Below are positions 1 through 9,980 of a DNA stretch of 32,540 bases, in pieces; the stretch's first letter is position 1; every line of letters starts with the position of its first letter. The notes below the pieces were generated by a model. It had not been told where the DNA came from, did no database searches, and saw only the letters and a list, made by a program, of their open reading frames with translations. The position numbers and the translations under genes are program-made. The DNA comes from Alphaproteobacteria bacterium (GTDB taxonomy: Bacteria > Pseudomonadota > Alphaproteobacteria > RF32 > CAG-239), in assembly GCA_017960745.1 (NCBI GenBank), contig JAGCYN010000049.1, forward strand, positions 1-32,540, written 5' to 3'.

Positions 1-2
1 GT

Positions 3-545
3 GCCGCACGACGCGGTCGCGGAAATATGCCGCGTAAAGGCCAAGAGATTGCCTATAAGATGAAAGTTGATTTTTTGGATGCGGCGCGCGGATTGGAAAA
101 AACAGACAACCTCGGCACCAAAAGCATTAATGTCAAAATTCCGGCCGGTACGCAAAACGGCCAAACCCTGCGCCTGAAAGGTTTGGGCGGTGAGGGGCTC
201 AACGGCGGTGCAAACGGCGATGTTTTGATAACCGTCAGCGTTGACGAACACCCTTATTTTAAGGCGGATGATAAGAATATTTTGCTGGATTTGCCGATTT
301 CGGTCAAAGAGGCGATTTCCGGCGCTAAAATCGTGGTTCCGACCATTACAGGCAAAGTGATGCTGACTGTGCCGCCGTTCTCGTCTGGCGGTGATAAAAT
401 GCGGCTGAAAGGACAAGGTATTAAAACCAAATCCGGTACCGGCGATGAGATTGTCACATTGCAGATTATGTTGCCGAAGCGCAAAGATGCCGCGTTGGCG
501 GAATTGGCCGATAAAATGGAAAACTATGCCGTAAGGAGCTTTTAA
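3..545 (+). CDS. J-protein co-chaperone, C-terminal substrate-binding domains (type II DnaJ/CbpA-like); 5' end lies outside the window
   Basis: The frame is open from the window edge (AARRGRGN precedes the listed Met). RKGQEIAYKMKVDFLDAARG...VKIPAGTQNGQTLRLKGLG...GDVLITVSVDEHPYF...ISVKEAISGAKIVVPT matches the DnaJ CTD-I/CTD-II pattern. No CxxCxGxG zinc-finger insertion is present. Confidence 0.75.
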   Translation, partial: AARRGRGNMPRKGQEIAYKMKVDFLDAARGLEKTDNLGTKSINVKIPAGTQNGQTLRLKGLGGEGLNGGANGDVLITVSVDEHPYFKADDKNILLDLPISVKEAISGAKIVVPTITGKVMLTVPPFSSGGDKMRLKGQGIKTKSGTGDEIVTLQIMLPKRKDAALAELADKMENYAVRSF

Positions 546-1108
546 TGCTGTTGGAAACACTGAAAGAGTTTGATTGGTTTAATGAGCCGCAGCAAGTTCG
601 TTTTGAAGAAAACGGCATGCGGGTTGTGGCTAAATATCGAACTGATTTTTGGTGTTGTGCGCGGCATGATTTTCGCAAAGATGACGGTCATTTCTTCTTT
701 ACCTATGTTTTGGGCGATTTTTGTTGCGATTTGAATTGGAGTTTTGAACGAAACGAAACCTATGATCAATGCGGCATTATGGTGCGCAGTGATGTCAATA
801 ATTGGTTCAAAGCGTCGGTTTTATGTGAAAATGACAATCAACCGATGTTGGCAACTTGTCTGACAAACGACGGCTATTCGGATTTGGCAACGGTGCCGTT
901 GCCGATCGGGGTACAGCGCGTTTGGTATCGGCTGAAACGGCGGAAAGGGTGTTATATTGCCAGCTATTCTCTAGACGGTACGGATTTTATCCAGCTGCGC
1001 AAGTTCTATCTGATTCATGATATGGATGATATCAAAATCGGCGCCTACATCTGTTCGCCTCAACGTGATGATTTTGAAGCGGTGTTGCACGCTATTGATA
1101 TGTCTTAA
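545..1108 (+). CDS. DUF1349-like (concanavalin/glucanase-fold) protein
   Basis: W..NEP, TDFW, DDGHFFF, GDF and YDQCGIMVRSD..NWFK recall the DUF1349 family pattern, from memory. The ATG overlaps the upstream TAA by 1 nt (TAATG). Confidence 0.55.
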   Translation: MLLETLKEFDWFNEPQQVRFEENGMRVVAKYRTDFWCCARHDFRKDDGHFFFTYVLGDFCCDLNWSFERNETYDQCGIMVRSDVNNWFKASVLCENDNQPMLATCLTNDGYSDLATVPLPIGVQRVWYRLKRRKGCYIASYSLDGTDFIQLRKFYLIHDMDDIKIGAYICSPQRDDFEAVLHAIDMS

Positions 1109-1869
1109 GGCAACAGGGTTTCCGGTCTGAGAGTGGTAAATAAGGTATAATTTAGTGCAAACGTGCAGTTGTCATATTCGTTGCAACTGCAGGCCACGTG
1201 TGCCGCATCTTCGGAGAAAGGCGTCGGCATAAAGCCGTCTCCCGGTTTAGCAACATTGTTTTTATAATGCACGGCTGCATTGACGGTAATTTTTTCGCCG
1301 TCATTGTCGGTTATAGCCGCGGTTTGGATGGTGCTGAAATCGGCGTCAATGTCGTTCAGCGCCGTATCGGTGCCGTCCGAGGTAACCTGTCCGGCGGCAA
1401 CCGCAACCAATCCCTGTTCTTTGCCGCCCCAATTCAGGGTTGCCAAACTGACACACGATTCATGCGACAGTTTTTGATAAGAAATCTTAAATGTCGGCGA
1501 TATAATTTTACCGATTTTATCGGTTAGGGTTTTCGCCTGCTTAATCACAATCGGTCCGCCGAAAGGATTGGTGATGGTGTCACCTTTGAATAAGGTTTTC
1601 GGAATAGCGCCCACCTCGACCATTTTCTGAATTGAGGGAATCGGTTCATTACCGTGAACGGTGTAAAACACCCGAATATTCTCCGTTAATTGGGCAATTT
1701 GCACCACCGAAGACTGCAATCTTTTATTTTGTTGGTAAACATGGGCGGCAAAAGCTACAAAACGGCAAAAATAAAGAAAAAGAACAACACATAAAGTCCC
1801 CGCAACCCAAAGGAACATTTTCCAAATGCGGTACTTTCGTTCGTATTCTTCTTTTTCTTTACGGTTCAT
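1105..1869 (-). CDS. Membrane-anchored pilin-fold-like protein, paralog of the 13515-14117 product, without a canonical prepilin cleavage site
   Basis: It has a basic N-terminus and then one TM helix (MFLWVAGTLCVVLFLYF). With the 200-aa prepilin it shares AIPKT(L/F), FGG(P/T)(I/V).(I/V), F.I(S/K)(Y/F)..L....C..LA..(N/D)W and C-terminal Cys residues. It starts 5 nt downstream of the secA stop. Confidence 0.5.
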   Translation of the reverse strand: MNRKEKEEYERKYRIWKMFLWVAGTLCVVLFLYFCRFVAFAAHVYQQNKRLQSSVVQIAQLTENIRVFYTVHGNEPIPSIQKMVEVGAIPKTLFKGDTITNPFGGPIVIKQAKTLTDKIGKIISPTFKISYQKLSHESCVSLATLNWGGKEQGLVAVAAGQVTSDGTDTALNDIDADFSTIQTAAITDNDGEKITVNAAVHYKNNVAKPGDGFMPTPFSEDAAHVACSCNEYDNCTFALNYTLFTTLRPETLLP

Positions 1870-1874
1870 TGCTG

Positions 1875-4562
1875 TTATCCGACTATTCTGCCGTGGCAGT
1901 GTTTGAATTTTTTACCGCTACCGCACGGGCATAAGTCGTTGCGACCGACATTGGCGAAAATGTCGTTGTTTACGCTTGGCTTATTGTTGTCTTCGGCCGG
2001 CGCGTCGTTGTTGCCGTGAACCAAAGACATTTTGCGGTTTTGCTCTTTATCCATCGCATCTTGCATTTGTTGCTGCGAATCGGTTTGAATAACGGTGTGG
2101 CAAATCACGACCGATACGCGTTCTTTCAAAGAATCCAACAAAGCGGAAAACATATTGAACGCTTCTTTTTTGTATTCGTTCAGAGGATCCTTCTGACCGT
2201 AAGCGCGCAAGACAATGGTGTGGCGCATCAAATCTAAGGTGGCGATATGTTCTTTCCAGAGCTGATCCAAAACCTGAAGGAAAATGCTCTTTTGCACCAT
2301 TTTTACCACATCTTCCGGCAACGTAGCTTCACGCTCGGCCATCCGTTTATCGACTTCGGTTAAAATGAGTTCTTCCAGTTCATCGCCGGCCATATCCGGA
2401 TTATTGCACCAGCTGGCAATCGGTAAAATAAAACTGGTTGCCATCATCAAATCTTGTTTCAGCGCTTCAATATTGGCTTCTTTGATATTGGCGCCGTAGC
2501 CCAGATGAGCGCGGATAATGCCCATCAGGTATTCATGGCGCATATCCTGAATGGTTTCCGAAATATCTTCTTCTTCCATAATCTCACGACGCTCGGTGTA
2601 AATAATTTTACGCTGTTCGTTCATGACATTATCGTATTTCAACAAGTCTTTACGAATATCAAAGTTGCGCTCTTCCACTTTCTTTTGGGCTTTTTCCAAA
2701 GCTTTGGTAATCCACGGGTGAACCAACGCTTCGCCTTCCGGCATGCCGAGACGTTTTAAGACGTTGGAAATTTTTTCCGAGCCGAAAATGCGCATTAAAT
2801 CATCTTCCATAGAAAGGAAAAACTTAGAAGTTCCCGGATCGCCCTGACGTCCCGAACGACCGCGCAACTGATTATCAATACGACGGCTTTCATGGCGCTC
2901 GGTGCCGACAATGTATAAACCGCCGGCGGCCAAAACTTTTTCCTTATCGGCGGCCACTTCCGCTTCAATTTTTTGCTTGAGCGCTTCAACCTGTTCCGGT
3001 GTTTCTTCGCCGGTCAACATTTCTTTGAGTTTCATCTCCGGGTTACCGCCGAGCTGAATATCCGTACCGCGACCGGCCATATTGGTGGCGATGGTAATGG
3101 CGCCCGATATGCCGGCTTGTGCCACAATGGCGGCTTCGCGTTCATGGTGGCGGGCATTCAACACTTCAAATTTGACATCCGGCGCCGCCTGATGCAGCAG
3201 TTCTGCCACAATTTCAGATTTTTCAACAGAGGTGGTGCCGACCAAAACCGGTTGACCGCGGTGATGGCAATCCAAAATGGTGTTGATAATGGCGCGATAC
3301 TTTTCATCGGCTTTGCGGTAAATTTCATCTTGCAAATCTTCACGCATAACCGGTTTGTTGGTCGGAATTTCGATACAAATCAAATTATAAATATCGCTGA
3401 ATTCGGTTTCTTCGGTCATCGCCGTACCGGTCATACCGGCCAACTTCGGGTAAAGACGGAAGTAGTTTTGGAAGGTAATGGAGGCCAACGTTTGGTTTTC
3501 AGATTGAATATCGACACCTTCTTTGGCTTCAAGGGCCTGATGCAGACCGTCGCTGAAGCGGCGACCTTCCATAATACGGCCGGTAAATTCGTCAACAATC
3601 ACCACTTTATTGTCTTTAATAATGTAATCCACGTCGCGTTGGAACATTTTGTGGGCACGCAGGGCGTTGTTAACATGTTGGACCAAATTGACGTTACCGA
3701 TGTCGTAGAGTGAGCCTTCTTTAATCAGGCCGACGCCGCGGAGCAGCTGTTCCATGTGTTCCATGCCGATTTCGGTTAAAGTAACGTTTTTCTGCTTTTC
3801 ATCTTTTTCGTAATCGGTTTCCGATAACAACGGAATTAATTTGGTGACGGTTTTATAGGTTTCGGACGAATCCTCGGCTTCGCCGGAAATAATCAGCGGT
3901 GTACGGGCTTCATCAATCAAAATAGAATCGACTTCATCGACAATCGCAAAGTTAAAATCTCTTTGAACGCGCTCGCGCAGGCTGAATTTCATGTTATCGC
4001 GCAAATAGTCAAAGCCGAGTTCGTTGTTGGTGCCGTAAACAATATCCGAGGCATAAGCCATGCGGCGTTCGTTGTCATTTTTGCCGTGAACGATGAAGTC
4101 AACGGTTAAGCCCAGGAAACGGTAGATACGCCCCATCCACTCGGCATCGCGGTGTGCCAAATAGTCATTGACCGTAACAATATGCACGCCTTTGCCTTCA
4201 AGCGCATTCAAATATGCGGCTAAGGTTGCGACCAAAGTTTTACCTTCACCGGTTTTCATTTCGGCAATCATGCCTTTATGCAAAACAATACCGCCGATCA
4301 GCTGAACATCGTAGTGGCGCTGTCCCATAACGCGTTTAGCGGTTTCGCGCACGGCGGCAAATGCTTCCGGTAAAATGTCATCTAAAGTTTCGCCGTTTTT
4401 CAAACGGTTTCTGAACTCGTCGGTTTTAGCCTTCAATTCATCGTCGGAAAGTTTAATAAAATCCGGTTCTAAATCATTGATTTTATGAACTATTTTAAGC
4501 TGTTTTTTTATAAAACGGTCATTCGCGCTGCCGAATATTTTACGTGCAATTTGTCCTAACAT
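1875..4562 (-). CDS. secA: Preprotein translocase ATPase SecA
   Basis: 895 aa. [17 protein letters not shown]-terminus, Walker [39 protein letters not shown], and the C-terminal zinc motif [20 protein letters not shown] lies 7 nt upstream of the ATG. Confidence 0.98.
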   Translation of the reverse strand: MLGQIARKIFGSANDRFIKKQLKIVHKINDLEPDFIKLSDDELKAKTDEFRNRLKNGETLDDILPEAFAAVRETAKRVMGQRHYDVQLIGGIVLHKGMIAEMKTGEGKTLVATLAAYLNALEGKGVHIVTVNDYLAHRDAEWMGRIYRFLGLTVDFIVHGKNDNERRMAYASDIVYGTNNELGFDYLRDNMKFSLRERVQRDFNFAIVDEVDSILIDEARTPLIISGEAEDSSETYKTVTKLIPLLSETDYEKDEKQKNVTLTEIGMEHMEQLLRGVGLIKEGSLYDIGNVNLVQHVNNALRAHKMFQRDVDYIIKDNKVVIVDEFTGRIMEGRRFSDGLHQALEAKEGVDIQSENQTLASITFQNYFRLYPKLAGMTGTAMTEETEFSDIYNLICIEIPTNKPVMREDLQDEIYRKADEKYRAIINTILDCHHRGQPVLVGTTSVEKSEIVAELLHQAAPDVKFEVLNARHHEREAAIVAQAGISGAITIATNMAGRGTDIQLGGNPEMKLKEMLTGEETPEQVEALKQKIEAEVAADKEKVLAAGGLYIVGTERHESRRIDNQLRGRSGRQGDPGTSKFFLSMEDDLMRIFGSEKISNVLKRLGMPEGEALVHPWITKALEKAQKKVEERNFDIRKDLLKYDNVMNEQRKIIYTERREIMEEEDISETIQDMRHEYLMGIIRAHLGYGANIKEANIEALKQDLMMATSFILPIASWCNNPDMAGDELEELILTEVDKRMAEREATLPEDVVKMVQKSIFLQVLDQLWKEHIATLDLMRHTIVLRAYGQKDPLNEYKKEAFNMFSALLDSLKERVSVVICHTVIQTDSQQQMQDAMDKEQNRKMSLVHGNNDAPAEDNNKPSVNNDIFANVGRNDLCPCGSGKKFKHCHGRIVG

Positions 4563-4731
4563 ATAAATTTTCCTGTTTAAATTAAGTCTTTTTATACTTA
4601 GTTGGAATAAATAATAAAGTCAAGACCGAGCACAAAACTATGCTCAAGAGATGTAAAATATTTTAAAAATTATTTGAATTTTAAAATATTGTATATATTA
4701 TGAACACGATTTGTTTTTTTAGGAGGAATTT

Positions 4732-5589
4732 ATGCAAAAGAAATATGTATTTGCGACAACGGCTGCATTGGTCGTTTTGATTGCAGGAGCTTTTACTTAT
4801 AAAGTATCGGCTGAAAAGAATAACGGCGTTGCCGCTGTGGTTAACGGCGAGAAAATTACGGTAGCCGAGGTTAGAGAGGCTTATGATCAAAATCCGCAAT
4901 TGCACGCGCAGGTTACTTTTGAAGATTTTTATGCTCATGCCTTGGATGTTATTGTTAACGGTAAGTTGGCTTTGCAGGCCGCAACCGCTGCCAATATTCA
5001 GGCTTCGCCGGAATATCAGAAACAATTGGCTTTGGTTCAGGACGAAGTTGCACGTCAGGTTTATATCGAGCAACAAGTAAATGCGAAAGTAACCGATGCC
5101 GAAATTCGGAAAGTTTATGACGAATATGTTGCCAATTTCAAAAGCGAAAAAGAAATAACGGCAAAACATATTTTGGTTGACGATGAGGCTCAAGCTAAAG
5201 AAATTATTGCCAAGTTAGATGCCAAAGAAGCTTCTTTTGTGGAATTGGCTCAGAAATATTCCAAAGATCAGCCGGATTTAGGTTCGTTTACCGCTGAAAT
5301 GATGGTTCCGGAATTTTCTAATGCCGCTTTTGCAATGGAAAAAGGCACTTACTCAAAAGAGCCGGTTAAAACGGAATTCGGTTATCACGTTATTTTGGTC
5401 GAGGAAATCGGTGAAACCAAGCCGTTGGAATTTGATGCCGTTAAAGAACAGATTAAAGCTAATCTGTCGCAGCAGGCCGTTGCTGAAATTGTAAAAGAAT
5501 TGAACGATAAGGCTCAAATCGAAAAATTTGATTTGGAAGGCAAAAAGATGGAGAATACACCGGCCGTTGAAGCCGCTCCTGCTGAATAA
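4732..5589 (+). CDS. Parvulin-type peptidyl-prolyl cis-trans isomerase (PpiC/SurA/PrsA-like), exported
   Basis: N-terminal signal/anchor MQKKYVFATTAALVVLIAGAF. Rotamase core AKHILV...A..I...L....F.ELA.KYS.D....LG.F......PEF..AAF....G.....PV.TEFGYHVI. Strong AGGAGG RBS. Divergent from secA. Confidence 0.85.
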   Translation: MQKKYVFATTAALVVLIAGAFTYKVSAEKNNGVAAVVNGEKITVAEVREAYDQNPQLHAQVTFEDFYAHALDVIVNGKLALQAATAANIQASPEYQKQLALVQDEVARQVYIEQQVNAKVTDAEIRKVYDEYVANFKSEKEITAKHILVDDEAQAKEIIAKLDAKEASFVELAQKYSKDQPDLGSFTAEMMVPEFSNAAFAMEKGTYSKEPVKTEFGYHVILVEEIGETKPLEFDAVKEQIKANLSQQAVAEIVKELNDKAQIEKFDLEGKKMENTPAVEAAPAE

Positions 5590-5606
5590 TAACTTATGAG
5601 CGAGTT

Positions 5607-5638
5607 AAAAAAAGCGCCGATCATCGGCGCTTTTTTTT
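5607..5638. terminator. Bidirectional rho-independent terminator between the convergent PPIase gene and trpS
   Basis: An A-run, then the GC-rich hairpin agcgccga-tca-tcggcgct, then T8. It can be read as a terminator on both strands. Confidence 0.8.
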
Positions 5639-5642
5639 GTTT

Positions 5643-6644
5643 TTAACCGAACAATGTTTCTTTTAAGCGTTGTAAAGTCCGCTGTGCATACGGTCTGGCG
5701 CGGGCAGCACCATCTTCCAAAAAGCCGCGGACCTCATCATAATGCGCCATATAATAATCATAAACCGCCTTGGCATCTCTGGTTTGTTCCAAAATCACGT
5801 CAAGCAGCATGGCTTTGATATGACCGTAACCAAGTTTGCCGTTTTTGAGACCGTCGGCCATTTCGGCGGTTTGTTCCGGCGTTGCCAAACATTTATAAAT
5901 CTGATAAACAAACACGTCTTCCGGATTTTTCGGTTCTTCAATCGGTTTAGAATCGGTGATGGTGGCATAAACCGCCTTTTTAACAATTTTTTCATCCTCA
6001 AAAATCGGAATCACGTTGTTATATGATTTGCTCATTTTGCGCCCGTCCGTGCCCGGTAATACCGAAACATTATTTGCGGTAACGTATTCCGGCAATTTTA
6101 ATAAATCGCGGTCATAGTAAGCGTTGACGGCGCCGGCAATATCGCGGGCAATTTCAACGTGCTGAATCTGATCTTTGCCGACCGGTACAATATCTGTATC
6201 CATTGCCAAAATATCGGCAGCCATCAGCGTCGGATAAGTGTATAAGCCCATATTAACGCCGTCATCGGCCGGTTTGTTGTCAGCCAGATTCTTTTCCACA
6301 CAAGCCTTGTAGGCGTGGGATTTATTCATGAATCCTTTCGGCGTAAAAGCATACAGAATGGTCGTAATTTCGTTAATTTCCGGAATATCGGATTGACGAT
6401 AAAAATAATCCGTTTTCGGATTAAGACCGGCAGCCAGATAGATGCAGGCAATTTCTTTAATTTCACGTTGCAGAATCTCGGCATCTTTCATAAAATTGAT
6501 GGCGTGATAGTCGGCAATAAATAAATTAAAACGCGATGCCTGATGTCCCAGCTCAACAGCCGGTTTGATGGCGCCGAAATAATTGCCGATATGCGGCTTT
6601 CCGGTTGGTTTAACACCGGTTAAAATACATTTATTTTCAAACAT
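5643..6644 (-). CDS. trpS: Tryptophan--tRNA ligase
   Basis: GVKPTGKPHIGNYFG (HIGH-like) and KMSKSYNN (KMSKS). I place the start at the internal ATG (MFENKCILTG) because GAGGA lies 5 nt upstream. The 20-codon upstream extension in the ORF track has no RBS. Confidence 0.92.
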   Translation of the reverse strand: MFENKCILTGVKPTGKPHIGNYFGAIKPAVELGHQASRFNLFIADYHAINFMKDAEILQREIKEIACIYLAAGLNPKTDYFYRQSDIPEINEITTILYAFTPKGFMNKSHAYKACVEKNLADNKPADDGVNMGLYTYPTLMAADILAMDTDIVPVGKDQIQHVEIARDIAGAVNAYYDRDLLKLPEYVTANNVSVLPGTDGRKMSKSYNNVIPIFEDEKIVKKAVYATITDSKPIEEPKNPEDVFVYQIYKCLATPEQTAEMADGLKNGKLGYGHIKAMLLDVILEQTRDAKAVYDYYMAHYDEVRGFLEDGAARARPYAQRTLQRLKETLFG

Positions 6645-6723
6645 GATATCCTCGTTATAAATCTTCTTGCCGTTCAAGTTACACATATTGTGTGCAAAAA
6701 TCAATTAAAATCTAAAAATTGTG

Positions 6724-6751
6724 TTGTAATCTGACAGAATAAAAGTATAAT
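6724..6751 (+). promoter_or_regulatory. Candidate sigma70-type promoter for serS and the downstream genes
   Basis: TTGTAA, a 16-nt spacer, then TATAAT, about 37 nt upstream of the serS ATG. Confidence 0.4.
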
Positions 6752-6787
6752 TGCGAATGTTGAATTGTTAATTTATTGAGGCACATA

Positions 6788-8068
6788 ATGTTAGATATAA
6801 AATTTATTGCAGAGAATACCGAATGGGTAAAACAAAGCTTGGGAAAGAAAGATTTTCCGGCAGAAAAAGTTGATGAGTTATTGGCAACATATTATGAACT
6901 GAATAAGTTGAAAACCTCATCCCAATCCTTGGCAGAAGAAAAAAATAAGCTCAGTAATGCGATAAAGAGTGCTTCAAATGAAGAACGTCCGGCAATTATT
7001 GCTCAAAGTAAAGCAATCGGTGAAGAATTTAAAATCGAACAGGAAAAATTGGCTGAAATTCAGGCTAAATTTGACGATATGATGCTGAGAATGCCAAACT
7101 ATCCGAGCGAAGAAAGCCCGATCGGCCCGGATGACAGCGCCAATGTGGTCCGTCGCAAAGTCGGCGAGTTGCCGCATTTTGATTTTGAGCCGAAAGACCA
7201 TATCGAATTGATGGAAATCAACGATTGGAGCGAGATGGAGCGCATCGCCAAAGTTTCCGGTTCGCGAACCTATGCCATCAAGAATGATTTGGCACAGTTG
7301 GAAATTGCCATTCACATGATGGTGATGGATATTTTGCGTCAACACGGCTTTACGTTGATTACGGTGCCGGCGCTTTCCAAAGAAAAACCGCTTTATAACC
7401 AAGGTTATTTGCCGTTTGCGCGCGATGAAATTTATTATATGCCGACAGATGATATTTATCTTTCCGGCACGGCAGAGCTGATTTTGAATTCGTTGCGTGC
7501 CGATGAAATGTTGACGGAGGCTGATTTGCCGGTATTATATGCCGGATTTTCGCCGTGTTTCCGCCGCGAGGCCGGTGCTGCCGGAAAAGATACCCGTGGT
7601 TTGGTTCGTGTACACCAATTCTTCAAAACCGAACAGTTTGTCATTTGCAAAAATGATATGGCGGAAAGCGAAAAATGGCACCAAACGTTATTGCAAATTT
7701 CGGAAGAAGTTTTGCAGGCATTGGAATTGCCGTATCAGGTTTTGGAAGTTTGTACCGGTGATATGGGCGCGCCGAAGTATCGTCAATATGACTTGGAAGC
7801 TTGGGTACCGTCGCAGAATTGCTATCGCGAAACCCATTCCTGCTCCAACATTACGGACTGGCAGGCTCGTCGTACCAACTTGCGCTATCGCGGCAATGAC
7901 GGCAAAGTTAAGTTTTGCCACACCTTGAACAATACCGGTATTGCCACGCCGCGCGCTTTAGTGCCGTTCATTGAGAACCATCAGCAAAAAGACGGTACGG
8001 TCCGTATTCCGGAAAAATTGCAGCCGTATTTGGGCGGAAAGAAATTTATCGGTAAAAATGCAAAATAA
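6788..8068 (+). CDS. serS: Serine--tRNA ligase
   Basis: MLDIKFI N-terminus, a coiled-coil tRNA-binding arm, and class II motifs (FSPCFRREAGAAGKDTRGLVRVHQF; TGDMGAPKYRQYDLEAW; NNTGIATPRALV). GAGG lies upstream of the ATG at 6788. Confidence 0.95.
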   Translation: MLDIKFIAENTEWVKQSLGKKDFPAEKVDELLATYYELNKLKTSSQSLAEEKNKLSNAIKSASNEERPAIIAQSKAIGEEFKIEQEKLAEIQAKFDDMMLRMPNYPSEESPIGPDDSANVVRRKVGELPHFDFEPKDHIELMEINDWSEMERIAKVSGSRTYAIKNDLAQLEIAIHMMVMDILRQHGFTLITVPALSKEKPLYNQGYLPFARDEIYYMPTDDIYLSGTAELILNSLRADEMLTEADLPVLYAGFSPCFRREAGAAGKDTRGLVRVHQFFKTEQFVICKNDMAESEKWHQTLLQISEEVLQALELPYQVLEVCTGDMGAPKYRQYDLEAWVPSQNCYRETHSCSNITDWQARRTNLRYRGNDGKVKFCHTLNNTGIATPRALVPFIENHQQKDGTVRIPEKLQPYLGGKKFIGKNAK

Positions 8069-8684
8069 AGTAGAGCAAATTTTTGATTTTATGCGCGTGC
8101 TTGATAAAGTTTGTTTGGTCAAGCGCGCCACTTTGCTCTCAGACGGCACGCCGGAAACCGATTCATCTCACACATTTAAGCTGGCCTTTATGGTAATGCT
8201 GATTTATCCGTATTTGAAACATCAGTACGACTACGCACGTTTGTTTGAATTGGCGTTGGTACACGATATTGCCGAGGCCGAAACCGGTGATTATCCGAAG
8301 GCGGTACAGCGTGCACATCCGGAAATAAAGGCTAAGAAAGATGCTGAAGAAAAAGCGGCCATGCAGCGTTACAGCGCTATGCTGCCGGCGCCGATGAACC
8401 AAAAAATATGGGATTTGTATCAGGAATATGAAGCCAAAGAAACGCTAGAATCAAGGCTGATTACGGCGCTTGATAAGGTTGATGCCAATATGCAGGCTAA
8501 TTTCCATAAAAACGGCGATGTCCATTATTGGTGGGATTGCGCAGACGGTGAGCATTATTGCCGAATTAACACCGAAAAGAAAAAAGTTGTTGCCGTCTTG
8601 GGTGAAGAAATCGTTGAAGCGTTGGAAGAAGGCACAATCGAGTTGGCGTTGGAAAATATGAAAAAATGCGGTATTGCGTTCTAA
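8058..8684 (+). CDS. HD-domain phosphohydrolase (YfbR/HD_3-like, possibly a 5'-nucleotidase)
   Basis: ETDSSHTFKLA plus LVHDIAEAETGD (H...HD...D metal ligand pattern). The start is set at the ATG at 8058, which overlaps the serS end by 11 nt. The longer ORF-track version would run through the serS 3' end. Confidence 0.7.
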   Translation: MQNKVEQIFDFMRVLDKVCLVKRATLLSDGTPETDSSHTFKLAFMVMLIYPYLKHQYDYARLFELALVHDIAEAETGDYPKAVQRAHPEIKAKKDAEEKAAMQRYSAMLPAPMNQKIWDLYQEYEAKETLESRLITALDKVDANMQANFHKNGDVHYWWDCADGEHYCRINTEKKKVVAVLGEEIVEALEEGTIELALENMKKCGIAF

Positions 8685-8702
8685 TTTGGTGAATGGTGCT
8701 CC

Positions 8703-9980
8703 ATGAAATTGCAGATGAAATCAGTAGAAAAATGGATAGGCAGATTGCTGATTTGCTTTTTCATCGGCACGGTTATATGGCTTAATATCAACCGTTTGCA
8801 ATACAATTTATACGCCAATTATGAAAAAGTTGTCGAATACGGTCGCGTTCGCGAAGTCAAAGAGCGGATCGAGCCGATGATGGCCGCTGTTTTTTATGAA
8901 GATAAATCGGAACAAAAAAAGCATTTGGCGGCCTATCTGAGCCACACGGACAACTATCGGCATCATCAGGTGCGGATGGTGGCGGTGCCGCGTCGGCTTA
9001 ATCAGGGCAGTGAGGCTGTTATTAAAAATCTGTACGGCGAAATTAAAAAATATAATCAAATTGAAAGCATCAGTCTGGTTTATACGGAAGGTGACGATTG
9101 GCACAAACACAAGGATTTGTTGCAAAATAAGATGCATCCGGCGGATATAGAATTGTTATATTTGGCCGAAGATGACATCAATGCCGAACAAATTATCGAA
9201 AATGAGTTGCAAAAACCGCGTCATCTGGTGATTTTTTTGGCGGCGTTAAATCAGGGTTTACAGGGAAATAATCGCGATTTTCTGCTGGAAGAGGCGGTTT
9301 ATTTTGCACAGCGTCATTCATATCGTATGAATGTGTTTGATGTGATCGATACGCAGTTGGCAAAGGCTGTCGAAAAAGATTATGCCTCGATTTTTGCCTT
9401 ATCGCCGGGCGCGAGTAAAAGCAAGTTGGCCAAGCAAAAAGATAATTTGGAAGCTTTTGCCGCAAACTATAAAGACGAATTGCTGGAATATTTTTTGTTG
9501 AATTTGCACGAAAAAGATACCGCCACGATTTGGCCGCGGAAAACACCGAGTACTTTCCGCTTGTTTGATCGCGGCGATGTTTATGTGAAGCTGACGGACG
9601 AAAATAATGTTGAATTGTTCAATTACGGTCGTTTCGGGCGCAATAAAAGCGTTATTGTAACCATCATCGAAATTGCCCGTAAGGTGTCCAGACGTATAAA
9701 TTTACGAAATGTAAAACATATTCAATTATATTTGCTGACAGAATTAGAGCCGGTTAAATATATCGGTGCGGTAAAGCTGGAAGATTTGCTGGATAACGAT
9801 GACGGTGTTTTGGCGCGCTATGAAAATTTCTATACCATCATGCTGCCGTCGGATCGACCTGATGCGTCCCAGAGCTTGCTCGATGTGTTGCGGCAAAAAG
9901 TCGGTGTACCGGTCAATGCGGAAAGCAAGGATATGAAATTTTATAAATTCAAAACGGCGGAGATTGAATATGAAAATTAA
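8703..9980 (+). CDS. Hypothetical membrane-anchored protein (425 aa)
   Basis: One N-terminal TM helix (WIGRLLICFFIGTVIWL). I recognise no family motif. It sits 18 nt after the HD gene, and the next gene overlaps its end. Confidence 0.6.
   Translation: MKLQMKSVEKWIGRLLICFFIGTVIWLNINRLQYNLYANYEKVVEYGRVREVKERIEPMMAAVFYEDKSEQKKHLAAYLSHTDNYRHHQVRMVAVPRRLNQGSEAVIKNLYGEIKKYNQIESISLVYTEGDDWHKHKDLLQNKMHPADIELLYLAEDDINAEQIIENELQKPRHLVIFLAALNQGLQGNNRDFLLEEAVYFAQRHSYRMNVFDVIDTQLAKAVEKDYASIFALSPGASKSKLAKQKDNLEAFAANYKDELLEYFLLNLHEKDTATIWPRKTPSTFRLFDRGDVYVKLTDENNVELFNYGRFGRNKSVIVTIIEIARKVSRRINLRNVKHIQLYLLTELEPVKYIGAVKLEDLLDNDDGVLARYENFYTIMLPSDRPDASQSLLDVLRQKVGVPVNAESKDMKFYKFKTAEIEYEN

Noticed and set aside
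2973-3713. 246-aa plus-strand ORF, with several shorter ones at 2016-2759, antisense to secA
   Set aside because: They lie entirely within the strongly supported secA CDS on the opposite strand. They have no RBS and a low-complexity, motif-free composition. They are typical shadow ORFs of a long gene.
4563-4731. The largest intergenic regions (4563-4731, 6645-6787, 13389-13514, 27128-27243, 31540-31639), inspected for tRNA, sRNA or riboswitch genes
   Set aside because: All are AT-rich with only short (5-bp) hairpins. I saw no cloverleaf-compatible GC-rich stems and no conserved riboswitch cores. They are best read as divergent promoter regions. An sRNA cannot be excluded without expression data.
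4681-5193. 170-aa minus-strand ORF overlapping the PPIase gene and the AT-rich intergenic region
   Set aside because: The sequence is rich in I/F/N/L, as expected from reading AT-rich DNA. The plus-strand PPIase has a strong RBS, a signal peptide and a rotamase motif.
6645-6704. Upstream extensions proposed by the ORF track. Examples are the trpS 20-codon extension, serS from the TTG at 6776, the HD gene from 7971, mlaF from 17638 and the OMP from the GTG at 13403.
   Set aside because: In each case an internal ATG preceded by a GGAG/GAGG-type RBS reproduces the conserved family N-terminus. The extensions would overlap upstream genes or contain the RBS itself.
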